64,000 nt of DNA, from positions 12,618,451 through 12,682,450 of the forward strand of contig NC_134035.1 of the NCBI RefSeq assembly GCF_964204645.1, read 5' to 3'. Shown piece by piece: positions 1 through 12,938 of the stretch (position 1 is the first letter of the stretch; each line of letters begins with the position of its first letter). Both the position numbers and the translations under genes were made by a program. The notes under the pieces are model-generated. The model searched no databases and was not told where the DNA came from. It saw nothing but the letters and a program-made list of their open reading frames with translations. This stretch comes from Tubulanus polymorphus (lineage: Eukaryota; Animalia; Nemertea).

Positions 1-1829
1 TATATATATATCTCAACAAAAGCAGCCGAAACAGTTTCAATTACGAAATAGGAAAAAATAGAATCCGATACGAACCGGACTGATAGAAAAACCTGTTAGG
101 TGCGCCGGCGCACGGAAATGAAACGACATGACGAATTCCTAATGAATTTTTGCTTTCTAAAATGACACTTCACACAGACCACGTTTCGCTGAAGGACGTT
201 TATAAACCGCCGTCACTTAATGAAGTTCCGGTTTAGGTAAGGTGTACATTTATCGATATATGCGGAGAGTGAGGAAGGACGAACTGGTTAGAAGAATACC
301 GGTTTTCTGATCTCACTCTGTCTGAGATTTGTTAGCGGTTTCGATATATCTTATTAAGTGAATTGATTTGTAAGCAGCTTGATGTCTAGCGGTCTACGCA
401 AAGACGGCCGACTAACGTCTTAAGCCGGATCCGCACTAACAAAGTCACACGGCGGACTAACGTATACAAGCCGGACTCGTACTCCGGACTCGATCATCCG
501 GACTAACGTCTAAAAACCGGACCCGGACTCAAAGTATGACTGACACATATATCCCCCAAGTTAGTCTACCTGAAAATTCATCGAAGTTTATCATGGTCGT
601 GTGGTTTCTGTTTAAAGCGGGCGGCAGAAAACCCGTTATTATTTATGGGGTTAAGAAACTCGTAATCCCGGCGCGTCGTACAGTTCGGTTTTGATATCGT
701 TGTGGCGCGGTTTATCGGTTTAACAGTTGTCTAGAGCTGTCGCGATCGACGGAAAGATGAACCATGACTCCGTATGACAGCCGGCAATGCGCGCAACTAA
801 TATAAAATTCAAACGCTGGACGCGGCTACTTTTTATTGTCGCTGTCGTATCGCGTACGTGGCGCGAGGAGTCACAGCCCTCTCAGAGAGTTGTTAACTAA
901 ACGAGAAAACTAACTAGAAAGTTCATTGACGCTTTGAGCAATAGCACATATTATATATTGTTTAGGATTATGAATAATACGACGATATGAATTACCGGTA
1001 CATTATATCAAGTCGGATCCTGTTACATTTTTCTTCGTTAGCTTTTATTTCAATATCATGTAACATTTGAAAATGAATATCAATTTCACGGATCAACGTA
1101 AGTTATTTGCGTGCTGAATATATCGATAATTGAATTGAATTGGCCGGCAACCAGTCTAGCCCCGATATATTGATGATGTAGTGCACATCATCTCAAAAGT
1201 AATTGTCTAAATTTGTAAAAAAGAAAGAAAGAAAAGAGTCGTGAAATATAATTGATTACAAAATGAACGCCAAAATCCATAAATGTAACTTTGGGTCTGT
1301 TTTTACGAAATGGTTTGACTAAGTTTGAATAATTTTTGAATGAATTCCAGAATCGTTTCAGTCGGTCAAACATGGAAATGTCTTTGTGAAATCTAATCGA
1401 TCTAAATCGTTCTGAAATTACTCATTGCAGTCAATATACGTTATACGATATACGATTTACGATATACGACATACGACGTAGAACAAAGGCAGCGCGACAC
1501 ATCTTATTATCACACGATTTGTCTTCGTCGTCGTTTCAACAAATGACTTTACTTAAGCGTTATCGTCGGTTCATATTTAATTCACGACCGACATTCTTTT
1601 CATGTACAGATTATCATTTTGTCTGGTTACGAATGATTGCGTTGTGCGCGCCCACCAGTCTAGACGCGGATAGTTGAGTTCTTGTACCCCCTCATTTAGC
1701 AAGCACCTGCCCAGCATTCCCGATTTAGTATTGTCTTGTTTCTCATTTATAACTTCTTCCATTTCCACATCAGTTAAATCTTACCAGGTTTGTGGACCGA
1801 GTTCTGCAATTCTGTATGTTTAATTTGTC

Positions 1830-2026
1830 TCTGGGTCCAGTTCCACAGTTATGAGTTTAATTTGACTCTGGATCCAGTTCCACAGTTGTGTGAGTTTAAT
1901 TTCGCTCTAGACCCAGTTCCACCAGATACGTGGGTTTGATTTGACTCTGGATCCATTTCCACAGTTGTGTGAGTTTAATTTGACTGTGGATCGAGTTCCA
2001 TAGTTGTGTGAGTTTGATTCGACTCT
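1830..2026. repeat. Tandem array (about 5-6 x 38-40 bp) of a MITE terminal motif
   Basis: Repeats of tggatccagttccacagttgtgtgagtttaatttgactc. The same motif is dispersed at about 2515, 3625, 15168, 18345 and 28797. Confidence 0.75.
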
Positions 2027-4458
2027 TAATTAATCCATTTGTTAAATTTATCACTGCATTTTAACAATAATTCCCATGAAAGAAACTGCTGACATTTCTA
2101 GTTGTAGCTCATTCGACTCGCGGTTCTTGTCGAAGGACCGAGCAATACTTAAAAACCGACGACAACTGAAATTCAAACCGCCTTCTTCAATTTCAAACCG
2201 TAAAATGAAATTGATTCGAGTTGAACTCACCGAAATTCGAGTGAATTTTTTATTCGATTTTGAACGATTGAATCTCGAGTATTTCGAATCGTTAATAACT
2301 TCATTAGATAGAATTTCACAGAGCTCTTCTATACCGCGCGTGGGTGACGAAAATTAAAAACCGCTAAATAACTTCACTTTTCAAATGATTCTTCAACCAT
2401 TGAGTAAGATAGCTATTAGAAATACCGCTCATCAAGAGATTTCCAGTTGCCACACTTGAAAATTCTTAATCCTACACGAGCGCGTCACTACATATCGATC
2501 TAAAAATGAAATCAAGGATCTAGTTCCACAGTTTGGAGTTAAGATTTGATAGAGTTAAAACATTGAAAATGAACTAATTTTAACTCAGAGTCAAAAACTG
2601 TCAAAATGTGTAACCTGATCCTGGAATCAGTTTCCAAATTGACTCTGGAATTAAAATTTTAGTTAATTTCCAATTGTTTTAACCCGAGTCGAAATTGCTT
2701 AACCGAGAAATGAAATTATCTTAACGTTTTATAGTTAAACTTATCCGAGAATTTTCGAACTAATTCCAGAATTTAAGTTCAGGACACTGTTCAACAGTGT
2801 TTGGTTTAGTTCATTTCCAAGCAGTCAAATCTGAACTCAAGACTGCGGAATAGGGTCTTGAATATTTCCAGTACGATACATATAAACGCACGTAGATATA
2901 TAAATAAGCCGTTTTTCAGATTTGCGGTGAACTGTCACACCGGTTTCCACGCGCTCCATAATCTAACGGGAATAATACATAAACTGCTGTTCGCTGTCCT
3001 GTGGGATGCGGTTATCAGAAAAATCCAGGCAGAACCTAACAGCCACGTATGTAAACCACGTGCGTTTTTTGTTAGCACAAACCCCGCCGAGATGCCGTCG
3101 TATCTTGACTGTCCATCTCAGGTCGCGCTGATAAAGCTGATTCTACCGAATTCAGTTGGGAACTTGCGTCATCCAAATTATATAGAACCACTTGTGGCAT
3201 TAAACCGACGGATATTCATTCCTACGAATGCCCTGACGAAAACACGCCGTACATCTTAAGACTTAATTATCTGTAATATTTTTCTTCAATTGCCTAAGAC
3301 GTATTTTTTCGCTGAATTTTTTTCACAACGCTTTTTGAATATGGTATCGGAAGCACCAGACAGTGCGTGTGTATGACCCTCCCTACGGGTCCTCTATACC
3401 TGATCGGTAAAAACCAACCTCAGACCCAGACGAGTAGTTAACACTGGTAAATGGGGCCTCTTAAAGGTGTGTGGATGTCACACGTGGACGTCACGTTGAC
3501 GTTGTACATCTTCACACGCGTCATTTCGACAGTCAAAAGACTGATAGTAGCGTTAGAAAGTTTTCAAGAAATATATCAGAAAATAATATGCGATTTCCGA
3601 GATGATAAGTATCAAAATGTGCTGAATCTAGTTCCACAGTTGTGAGTTACGGCTTGAAAAAATCATCAAAAATCAACTACAGTCAAAGTCATTCATAATG
3701 CCGCTGCTGGGACCGTTGAATACGAATTGGGTTGCGCAAATTCGTCAAAAATGTTGGTGTTTTGTGATCAGTGGCATTAATCAGGATAGCAGCGTTGTAA
3801 CAAGCATTGATCGTAATCTTAACTCCGAGTTATTGTGGAGTTGGATTCAGGTTTTGAAGATCACTTTCAATCACACGGTAGCGATCCTGACACCCAGAAA
3901 ATAAACCCTAGATCCGCCCTTGCAATGGCGGTCGTTATGGCTATTTGCTTCAGTTCGGTCAATATAACCAAAACAGTCGCTTTCCACATCCTAGATTGTC
4001 CCGTGCTTAGTCGCGTTATATGTGTCCACGTCCCGAGACCGCATCACAGAAGCTGCAGTCTATCAATAGATAATCTTAGACACACTTTCCGTCCAGCGAC
4101 AAATCTAAATCGGATCCAATCGACTGAGATTTGTGAATGTCGCTCTGTTTATTGCTGACATTAAGGGATGGTGTTGCGGTCAAGATAACATTAAATAACT
4201 GCTGATAACGCGCGCAACTTTATGGGTCTTGATACGCGTTAATATCTATTTTTAAATATTCTTCTTACAGACGGAGGACATTTTGATACTCATGTTTATG
4301 TCCCTTTTCAATGATGATCATCCGTAGGTTATCCAGTTATCCAGTTATCCAGTTATCCATTTACTTTTTAGAATCAATACTAATGAAACAGATGGCGAAT
4401 TACTCATCTGCAAATGAGACAAGTGTACCGATTTGACACCAGGTTTAACTCACGATAT

Positions 4459-4647
4459 GCAGCATCCGGGAATCGAACCCGGACCTCGTAGACGTAAACC
4501 AAATTCAATTCAATTTATGGTTACTTTACCACAGTCTCACCTAGATATTTATGATGCAAGGAAAACAGTGATAAAATTACGAACAATTCTAATATTGAGT
4601 TGTATTTTAACGTCACAAGGTGACCATGCTAACCATTAGGCCAATAG
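4459..4647 (-). pseudogene. tRNA-derived (SINE-head-like) remnant interrupted by an insertion of about 115 bp
   Basis: Reverse-strand B-box (ccgggaatcgaacccgg) and A-box-like half (gctaaccattaggcca) separated by AT-rich sequence. No intact cloverleaf. Similar remnants at about 10793-10865 (+) and 24460-24530 (-). Confidence 0.4.
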
Positions 4648-5192
4648 AACCATAGACTAGAATGATTATATATGTGTATTTGGCTCAATGTCGTATTGCG
4701 AAAGATCAGGCGCGGACAAAATACGATCGACGATAAATCTCGTGACCTTGACCGACGTAGTGTGATTTGTATGCGTTTAAGATTTGGAATCGCCGTGTGA
4801 CGTCAGAATGAGAGAGACGCTCCGATAAACTGTTTGTACAGTGTGTAGGAAGGAGGCGAGACTCGAAAAGCGAAATCGAATTCATTTCGACAACGGCTAA
4901 AAATAAAATCCCATTAAGGTTATGATAGAAGACTCACTCGCGCCGCTACAGCAAAGATATTTCGATGGTTTAAGAGTTTAAAGAGATTTAAGCGACTTTG
5001 GACTTAAATCCATCATCATCTGGAGACAAATGCGACGTGAACGCTTTCACTCGCCTGACAGGTTACTGCAGAATATCTATACCCGATACAATCAATGATT
5101 CAAAGATTACGTCGAAGCTTCCGTATTTCGATACGCTTCAGAGCAGGTTATAAAAACACTCAGTGAAAAAAAAATGCCACAATTACATAGAA

Positions 5193-5575
5193 AATCTAAG
5201 AGAATAGTAACGTTAAAACTGAATTCTATTAACCATTTTCTAAACCGAATGAAAATATAGATTAAATTGCGTCGAAGCGCCATATACCATCTTAATTTTG
5301 AAAATGTCTCATAGAATTGAGTCTAAACGTCACTACTCTCTTAGTTTTGAAAATGTCTCTTAGCATTGAATCTAAACGTCACTACTCTCTTAGTTTTGAA
5401 AATGTCTCTTAGCATTGAATCTAAACGTCACTACTCTCTTAGTTTTTGAAAATGGCTCATAGAATTGAATCTAAACGTCACTATTCTCTTAGTTTTTGAA
5501 AATGGCTCAGAGAATTGAGTCTAAACGTCACTACTCTCTTAGTTTCTGAAAATTGCTCATAGAATTGAGTCTAAA
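5193..5575. repeat. 49-bp satellite array (about 6 copies, minus orientation) preceded by one inverted copy
   Basis: Unit (reverse complement) agagtagtgacgtttagactcaattctatgagccattttcaaaactaag. Opposite-orientation copy at about 5193-5245. Confidence 0.85.
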
Positions 5576-7295
5576 AACTGCGTTTCCACTTAATCGGTTT
5601 TGTTCTGTACGAACGAGACAACTAGACGACTCGCATGCCAGTGGTCGTTCTCCTCGGTATCGATACGTCGTCTAATTCGTCGTCTTTCTCTAACTCCGGG
5701 GACTGTTATTAAGGAGCTCGTGTATACAATGACTGACACTACGCGTTCACCTATTAAGATACATATATCTCAACTATCAACTACAAAGACGTCACTTGAG
5801 GGAGAATTGTTCGCCGTACTTCCGCCGGTACTTGCGGGCAATGGCTGACTTCCGATTGAAAACGTCGATATTTTCTACCAATATTCGGCTTCCGACGACT
5901 AGCGATGTGTATATATGCGTGTTGCTGGCTGCTCGCTTTATCCGGTGCAGTAAAAGTGAATCAACGTTAAGGGGAATGAAAAGGTGGCTTCTCCCCAGGG
6001 AAAGATGACTGATACATGTTAGGGTATAAAATTTGCCGGGGTAATAATACCGAAAATGTAAAGCGCTCTCAACTTATCAACTTTCAACATGAACATTGTG
6101 AGAGCGGACCCTGGTGATATCCAAATATCTTCAAGGTCCAATCGATCAAAAGTTGATCACCTTTTCGCCTGTCAAAAGTCTCAGTACTAGTCTGTGTAGT
6201 AGACTCCTCTTGCCTCAGACCTGATGGGACCGAAAGTCCCCGAAGAAAGCGATTTGCAGGGTGATCGCAGAGATGATGGGTTGTCATTTCATGAATAAGA
6301 GTTGGGAAATTTCAGATATTTCGTCCGGGGTACGCGAGTCCGAGGCACACAATAATCCGAGGCAATCGGCCAACGGTGTTATCTTAAATTTTATGTAAAT
6401 TCAATTAGCTTATTTGCATAAATTGGAACGTAAATGATTAGGACCGATTTACGTCAGAATTCTGATTCCACGATATTCACCTGGTATTTACATATTTTGC
6501 TCGTTTTGGTGACGACGAACGCGCAGTCGCAGCGGAGCTGATTATTTCAACAAAAATATCAATGAAAAATCACCGAAACTGCAATAAATCGAATAGTACA
6601 ATATAACCGTGTCTTAGCTCCATAAGAACGCATTAAGCTAGTCGCTTTTTGCCGCTTTAAATAGCGCGGAAACAGGTCCGTAGAAAACGCTTGATTTTCA
6701 GCGATCAATTTCCGAGATCGCGCTCTTTTAATAATCTTTGAATTATAGACCTATCGAGTCGTACAATAAACGACGATATATCAGGGTCGAAAATGATCCG
6801 TGAAAAGCGATGTTTTATCGATACGCGAATAGATCAAAGACCCTTTAGTTTCTTTATTGCCGAAACTAATGGATTTCAGAGCGGAGGAGAACCAGTTCTT
6901 TTGAACGATGAATCTAGAACTGTAGCTATAGATGTTATCGTGGCTAAAGGCAGAACGTAAATTATTTTCAATGATAGATTTTAAATGATGGCTTCTTTTT
7001 GTTGGTAGTGTTTACGTAAACTAGGTGTTTAAGCAGAAAACTGTGGGATTCAGTAATCTGATATGGATCGTAGACGACAAGCAGTCTTGAGTTGATTTAG
7101 AAATAGAAATGAACCAATTGTTTCTAACGTTTCGGTCATAATACTCTTCTCGGGCCAGTCGCTCAACGCCATTTTCAACGATGACTTATTGTGCAAGATA
7201 TATATGACAAGTTGCTTCAAAGCCTTCATATGATATCACATTTTAATGCATTTGGTTAATCATTAATTCTGTACAAATTGCACTTGAAAATAATT

Positions 7296-7388
7296 CATAT
7301 CATATCATATCATATCATATCATATCATATCATATCATATCATATCATATCATATCATATCATATCATATCATATCATATCATATCAT
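7296..7388. repeat. (CATAT)n microsatellite
   Basis: About 18 perfect pentamer copies. Confidence 0.95.
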
Positions 7389-8276
7389 AAGTTTTTGTAT
7401 AAAATACGAACGTTTTAAGTTATTGCACAGTTCGACTAATGAGCCAATGATCAGTGAATAGAGTTTATTACCGGAGTGAGAAACTGAAGTCGTCTATGAC
7501 GCATGAATTTGAAAAAGAAGTTATCACTCAACCGAACGTCGGGTGACACCCTCTACCTCCCTCATCTTCTTTCCCTCTCCTTCTCTTTCCCTCTTCTCCT
7601 CTCTCTTCTCTCTTGTCCGTAAATGTTATCCAGAAAGAGATAGTGAGATAAGAATTCTGATTTGAACTCTAAATTGAGTAGTCACCGCAGATTAAAGTTA
7701 AGTCGAACGCTTGCCACGTTTCTTCCATGGCTAATTCTTTGAGATTATTGAATTTGGTTTAGAAAGGCTTTCCAATCAATGTTTCTCGGTTGGAAGGGGA
7801 TTTATTTTCATCTTTGAAAGTTTACCGCGACATGTCAGCCGTTCGAAAGGCAATCGATACGCGGGTGCGTGCGCGTGTATATGTTCTGTCGTATGGATAC
7901 AAATCATCCGAATCCGCTTTATTCTAGTGACTGCTTTTTATCCCATCTTTCGATTGCAGATACTCTGTCTTCCTGGCTCGATTGAGATGGCGCTTGACTT
8001 GATTGTAGGTTCGAACCCCGATTAACCAATGCTATTTGTTCACTTATTATATCAACTTAGAACCTAAACTTAGATAACTTAGAAACTAAAAGAAAATATC
8101 ACTCTAAAAAAATTCAATTAGATACAATCTGAATTTGCATCAAACACTTCGTCAATGATACGTAATTTAAATTCACCTGGAAATCTCAAAATGTTAAAAA
8201 CCTCACACAAGATTATGAAATGTTTCGAAATTTGGCAGAAAAAGTTCACGTGTGTAGAAAATCTACGCGCATTCAC

Positions 8277-8314
<38 letters not shown>

Positions 8315-10603
8315 TCATCGTTCGAACTGAAGATAACCTGCAACACCGTGGAATAAAATTGATGACGACATATAGATTACTTATTGTCGTCGTGTTAGAT
8401 TTACTGACGGTAAACCAACCTTGCAAACGTCTGTCACAATCTCTGCGATTCATTAACTCAAATTGATGACGGATCATAGTATAGGCTCCACACGTCCTTG
8501 CTTCGATGAAAACCCACGCCTCGGACAAAACGTATATTAAGTCCGAGGTAAACGAAGTCAGAGGTCAATATATGAAAATACGTTAGGAGGTCAGAAAAAA
8601 TCATTTCGTTCTTGTCCGAATCGGTCAAAAGTCCCGAGTTGAACCTATCCTAGTAAGACGACGTTTACCGTATTCAGGTAGATTTACCTGTATTTGAGAA
8701 CTGGGTCTATTTTCAATAAAATAGATGTGCAATATGATGTTGACGGTAGATACGATTGTGATTCTACCAATCAATCAATCATTAACCGCTGTGTTCAGAC
8801 AGAGTAATTTCAGCCTGGAGACACTTCCCTGTATTTACCGTGTGGCTACTGTAGCTATAATAACCAGGTGACTTTGCCGACAGTATCTACAGCCTCATCA
8901 ATGGTCGATCTGGGGTCAGAACCAGCCTTTTGCACCCCAAATAAGCAGCGTTTTACATCTCAGTACGTTTCCAAATATATCGCCGATATAGAAAATAAAA
9001 AGAGTTGATTGAAATAGAATAGTCCGTACACTCGTGGGGAATAAATGATAACTTTAAAAACCCATACAAAGTTCAAAAGACTGGCACACCTGACGGTGGT
9101 CAGCGAGAGTTCGAAACGTTGTGTCTTATGATTTTATTTTTTTGATGACTTGCAGTCTTAGTTTATACTTTGTATATAGTGGATTTTAAACCTACTAGTT
9201 CATTCAAATATTAACGAAAATGTCTTGACTTGACAAGTCTTGACTGCACCTTACATACTATGTCTCGTCGCAGGTTAAGTTACATTATGTTGGAAGAACC
9301 TTGGACGCCTTCTGTTATGTCCTAATAATGACAAGTGGGAATTTTAGCATTTGCAAAGTAAAAGCTACCTCCACGCGGCATCTAAACCTTCACGCGAGAA
9401 AGTGTTTAAGTCAGTTAATAACTGCACAAAGTTCTAGTTTCAACAGTTGCCGAGGGTAGAAACAGGTTTACTACAACCGCACAACGAAGAGAAGTGGGTT
9501 TCCGGGTTCGCGCGACAAGTCGATATTACATTCCGCGTTACTAGTTGACCAAACAGTTCAAATAGAAAACTTCAAAGTACAGCAGCATCGGCAGCAGTAG
9601 ACATCTCTTCAGCATTCGATCCGTCCCCTTCATTGACTTGATACACAACTTCCTGGGCCAACTTCGGTTTTTGGAGTTAGCCGACTATAGTCGAACTAAA
9701 CGAAACCGAATGCCCGTTAGTCGGAACACGTGAATTATCAATAACGTTTTATCTTGATTTTAAAAAGCACCCAAGCTTTACAAAAAGTCGAAAAAATGAA
9801 AATAATTTTAAGAGGTTTTTCTGAACCTTAAAAGTGTGTGTATAAATCAATTCAGTGCACCATGTCCTGTTGAAGGCCGCCGAACACTTGACAATATTTC
9901 ATTTCAGATACATTTCATTCCTGACTGGTTTTTCTAGTGTTTAGCATTATTCGGTATTCCTGCAGTGCGTGGGCTCAGGTGCTTCTCAAGCCCGTGGCGA
10001 CCACGACCATGATCTAACAAGTAGAATTCTCGTTTTCCCAGAAATGCCCAACTTCCCGAAAGCTTTCCAACCCGCGCGTTTATGAGTACCGCAATTAGCC
10101 TCTTTTTTATAAATTATCTTAGATATGCCATAATAAATAAAGTATTCAATGGATTTCACAAACTCGAGATAAGCCGCAGATGTTTTTATTTACAAAATAT
10201 ATCCCCGGGGTAACAGTCCTTGGTGTATCTTCATGTTGTCATCGATTCTCGTGTGCAATATAAACTATGAAACTATGAGCTGCTTTCGGCTTCGCTTTTT
10301 AATTAAAACAAACGATGCTTCAACGGCTGCATAAATATACAAGCCGCACTGATGGTTTATCTACCATAAGAAGTATGAAAAACTGGATAAAATACAAGCC
10401 AAGAAAAATTTCCTATTTGGTAAATTGGGATTCGAACCTGATGACATCGCGAGAATGCCACGACTATATACCGGTTCCACATTATAGAGGGCATTGCCTT
10501 GATTTCGATATCAGCCAATCAGAAATCACGTTACATTTTAGCCTGGAATATCCAGTTCATTTCCATCCATGAATTTGCCTGTACACCCGTTGGCGCTAAC
10601 ATC

Positions 10604-10771
10604 CATGGCGAACTTCGGTTATCGGAGTTAGTCGACTAGTCGAATGTCAGTAATAGTTATTGAGCACGGTCGCTGTAGTTCGAGTCTAATTCAAAGATGG
10701 CCGACACTGTGAAATACGTGCGTTCGGTGCGTTCGGTTATTAGTTAAGTACGAAAACCAAGTTCGCCTTGG
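10604..10771. mobile_element. MITE-like element (family with gcgaacttcggtt termini)
   Basis: Inverted ends catggcgaacttcggtt ... aaccaagttcgccttg. Longer opposite-orientation copy at 44914-45159, fragment at 9655-9730. Confidence 0.7.
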
Positions 10772-11982
10772 CTGTGCAACTACATCGCGCACGGGGCCTA
10801 TTCGGACTTGGGGTCCATGAGTAGGAGTCTCGCGATGCGATCAGGTTCGAATCCCAGCCGAAGTGGATGGAATAACTGGGGTGTCTTCCAAACAACGAAT
10901 AATTATTCTAAAGCTTTTTTTCTCAATTTCACATTTCAATCTCGATCGAGCGATTCGTGTAGCTTTTATTGTTGAGCTGACGATTTCCTCTGAAATAGAA
11001 AGCCCTGATGACTATCTATAAAACACGTTTCATCCCGTTCAATAACCGCCTCACGCAGTTTGCGTCCGCGATCTTCAAAACACGTTTTAATTAAAAATCA
11101 AGTACAGCAAAATGATATCCTTGAAAGCCATATGAGGAGGAGACTTAGTATTGAAACTCAGAGGATCAATTTTACTTCATTTCGCGTATAAACATAAACA
11201 GAGGATGCATACAACATGTATCTTCTATATGTATATATATACATATATGTTGTGTGTGTTCGGGGACACGACCATCTCCATTATAGAAACCATTTATTTC
11301 ACATTAATCCATTCACGCAATTCAAGTATTAAGGTCTAGCCTATTCACATGCGGATGAATTCCTGAATCAGTATCGCAATAATAATACCAGTGTATTTTG
11401 ATGTATATGAATACATCCTCTACAAACCCAGAGCCAAATTTTGGTCCGATTACCTTATTTGAGAATTACGCCTATTTTTGGGTTGCCAACATTTTCCCCC
11501 AAAAATTGTCCAGCTGGCTGTACCTTGGAACTCAAATGGCCTAAAAATTCGGAACTTTGGAATTTCGATTTGAATTATCAAGTCCTAAACCATGCTTATT
11601 GCCTTATTTACGCCTAATACCGCCATTCTAGCATGCAATGGTCTAGATGTAATGGTCAAAGAATTTTGTGAGCACTTTGAAAAATTGTGAAATTTTTGAG
11701 TTTGGAAATGAGATTTTAGGTCACAGTACTTAAAATACTAGATTATAGAAGAAGACTATTTAATCCTACCTATCCCTATACTAAACACAAAATACGGTCT
11801 CTAGACAAGTTCACGTTGCAAGTGCAAATAGGTTTTTGAAAGGTCAAATAGTTTTCGTAATAATTTGCTATGTCTCAATCGGAAAAGGGTGACTACAAAA
11901 TTACATCCTGCCGTAGCGGTGCCTACAGGGACTAACCTGACCAGTAGGACTATCAAAGGTTGCATAGCCCACATTAACGAAG

Positions 11983-12223
11983 AAAAACTAAGAGAGTAGT
12001 GACATTTAGACTGAGTTCTACCAGCCATTTTCAGAAACTAAGAGAGTAGTGACGTTTAGACTGAATTCTATGAGCCATTTTCAAAACTTAGAGAGTAGTG
12101 ACGTTCAGACTCAATTCTCTGAGCCATTTTCAAAAACTAAGAGAGTAGTGACGTTGAGACTGAATTCTATGAACCACTTCAGCTTTGGAAATGGCCAACG
12201 GAATCTAAACGTCACTACGCTCT
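11983..12223. repeat. 49-bp satellite array (about 4 copies) followed by an inverted copy
   Basis: Same unit as 33078-33598. Inverted degenerate arm at about 12185-12223. Confidence 0.85.
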
Positions 12224-12893
12224 GTGTTTTACTTTGTTATTGTTTGTTTTTTCTTCAATTGAACCGAATACACGGAAACTACGTGGCTCTGAAAACTGAC
12301 CGATGCCGTCTATAGATGGCTGTAACGACAAACAATTCACTCGACCCGTTATCAAACTTATCTGCAACCCTAAAACTCGTGACCAAATAAAGCATGTTGC
12401 TTTTGATCGTATAGGACTTAACGATGCCGGGACGTGTAGGATTTTATACGCTTTTCAGTGACACGAAACAAATCCTACGACAATTGATGAACATTGAACG
12501 ATAATCTCTTATACTCGGTGTATCGTAAATAACGTGTTCAGCGTTACACGGTTTTTATGATTGATAAAGTCTCTTCTCTCGAGTCGTGTATGTTTTACCA
12601 TTTATGACGAAGTGTCTAGTGTTTATTGTTAGACGCAGAAAGCGAAGCGTCATGGGTTCCATATGACATCATCGAATTACCTTCCGAAAAGATGGTTGCC
12701 TCCGTAATGACATATATTATCTGTTCATATTTATTCCTAAGAAAACACAGCCATAGACCCCTATATGACATCATCGAATGATCTAATGGTCCCCATTGAA
12801 GAAACACTCATTCCGTGTTATAACGATAAGTAGAGAATCCCACACTGATAAAACGAAAGATGAAGTCCGAAAAATTCCTCAATAGCTATTCAG

Positions 12894-12938
12894 CATTCCT
12901 GAAGATGACTATTGATGTTATAGTCGAAACGTCGAATG
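12894..12938 (+). ncRNA. Minimal type I hammerhead ribozyme motif (Penelope-like-element type)
   Basis: cattc [stem I] CTGAAGA t gactat-tgatgtt-atagtc [stem II] GAAA cg TC gaatg [stem I']. Intact CUGANGA and GAAA core boxes, GUC cleavage triplet, stem III reduced to the palindrome ACGU. Confidence 0.65.

Noticed and set aside
8118-8528. ORFs with poly-Leu or poly-Ser, and MTTYRLLIVVVLDLLT as a possible signal-peptide exon
   Set aside because: CAG microsatellite; the nearby donor is phase 0 and does not fit the phase-1 acceptor at 20349
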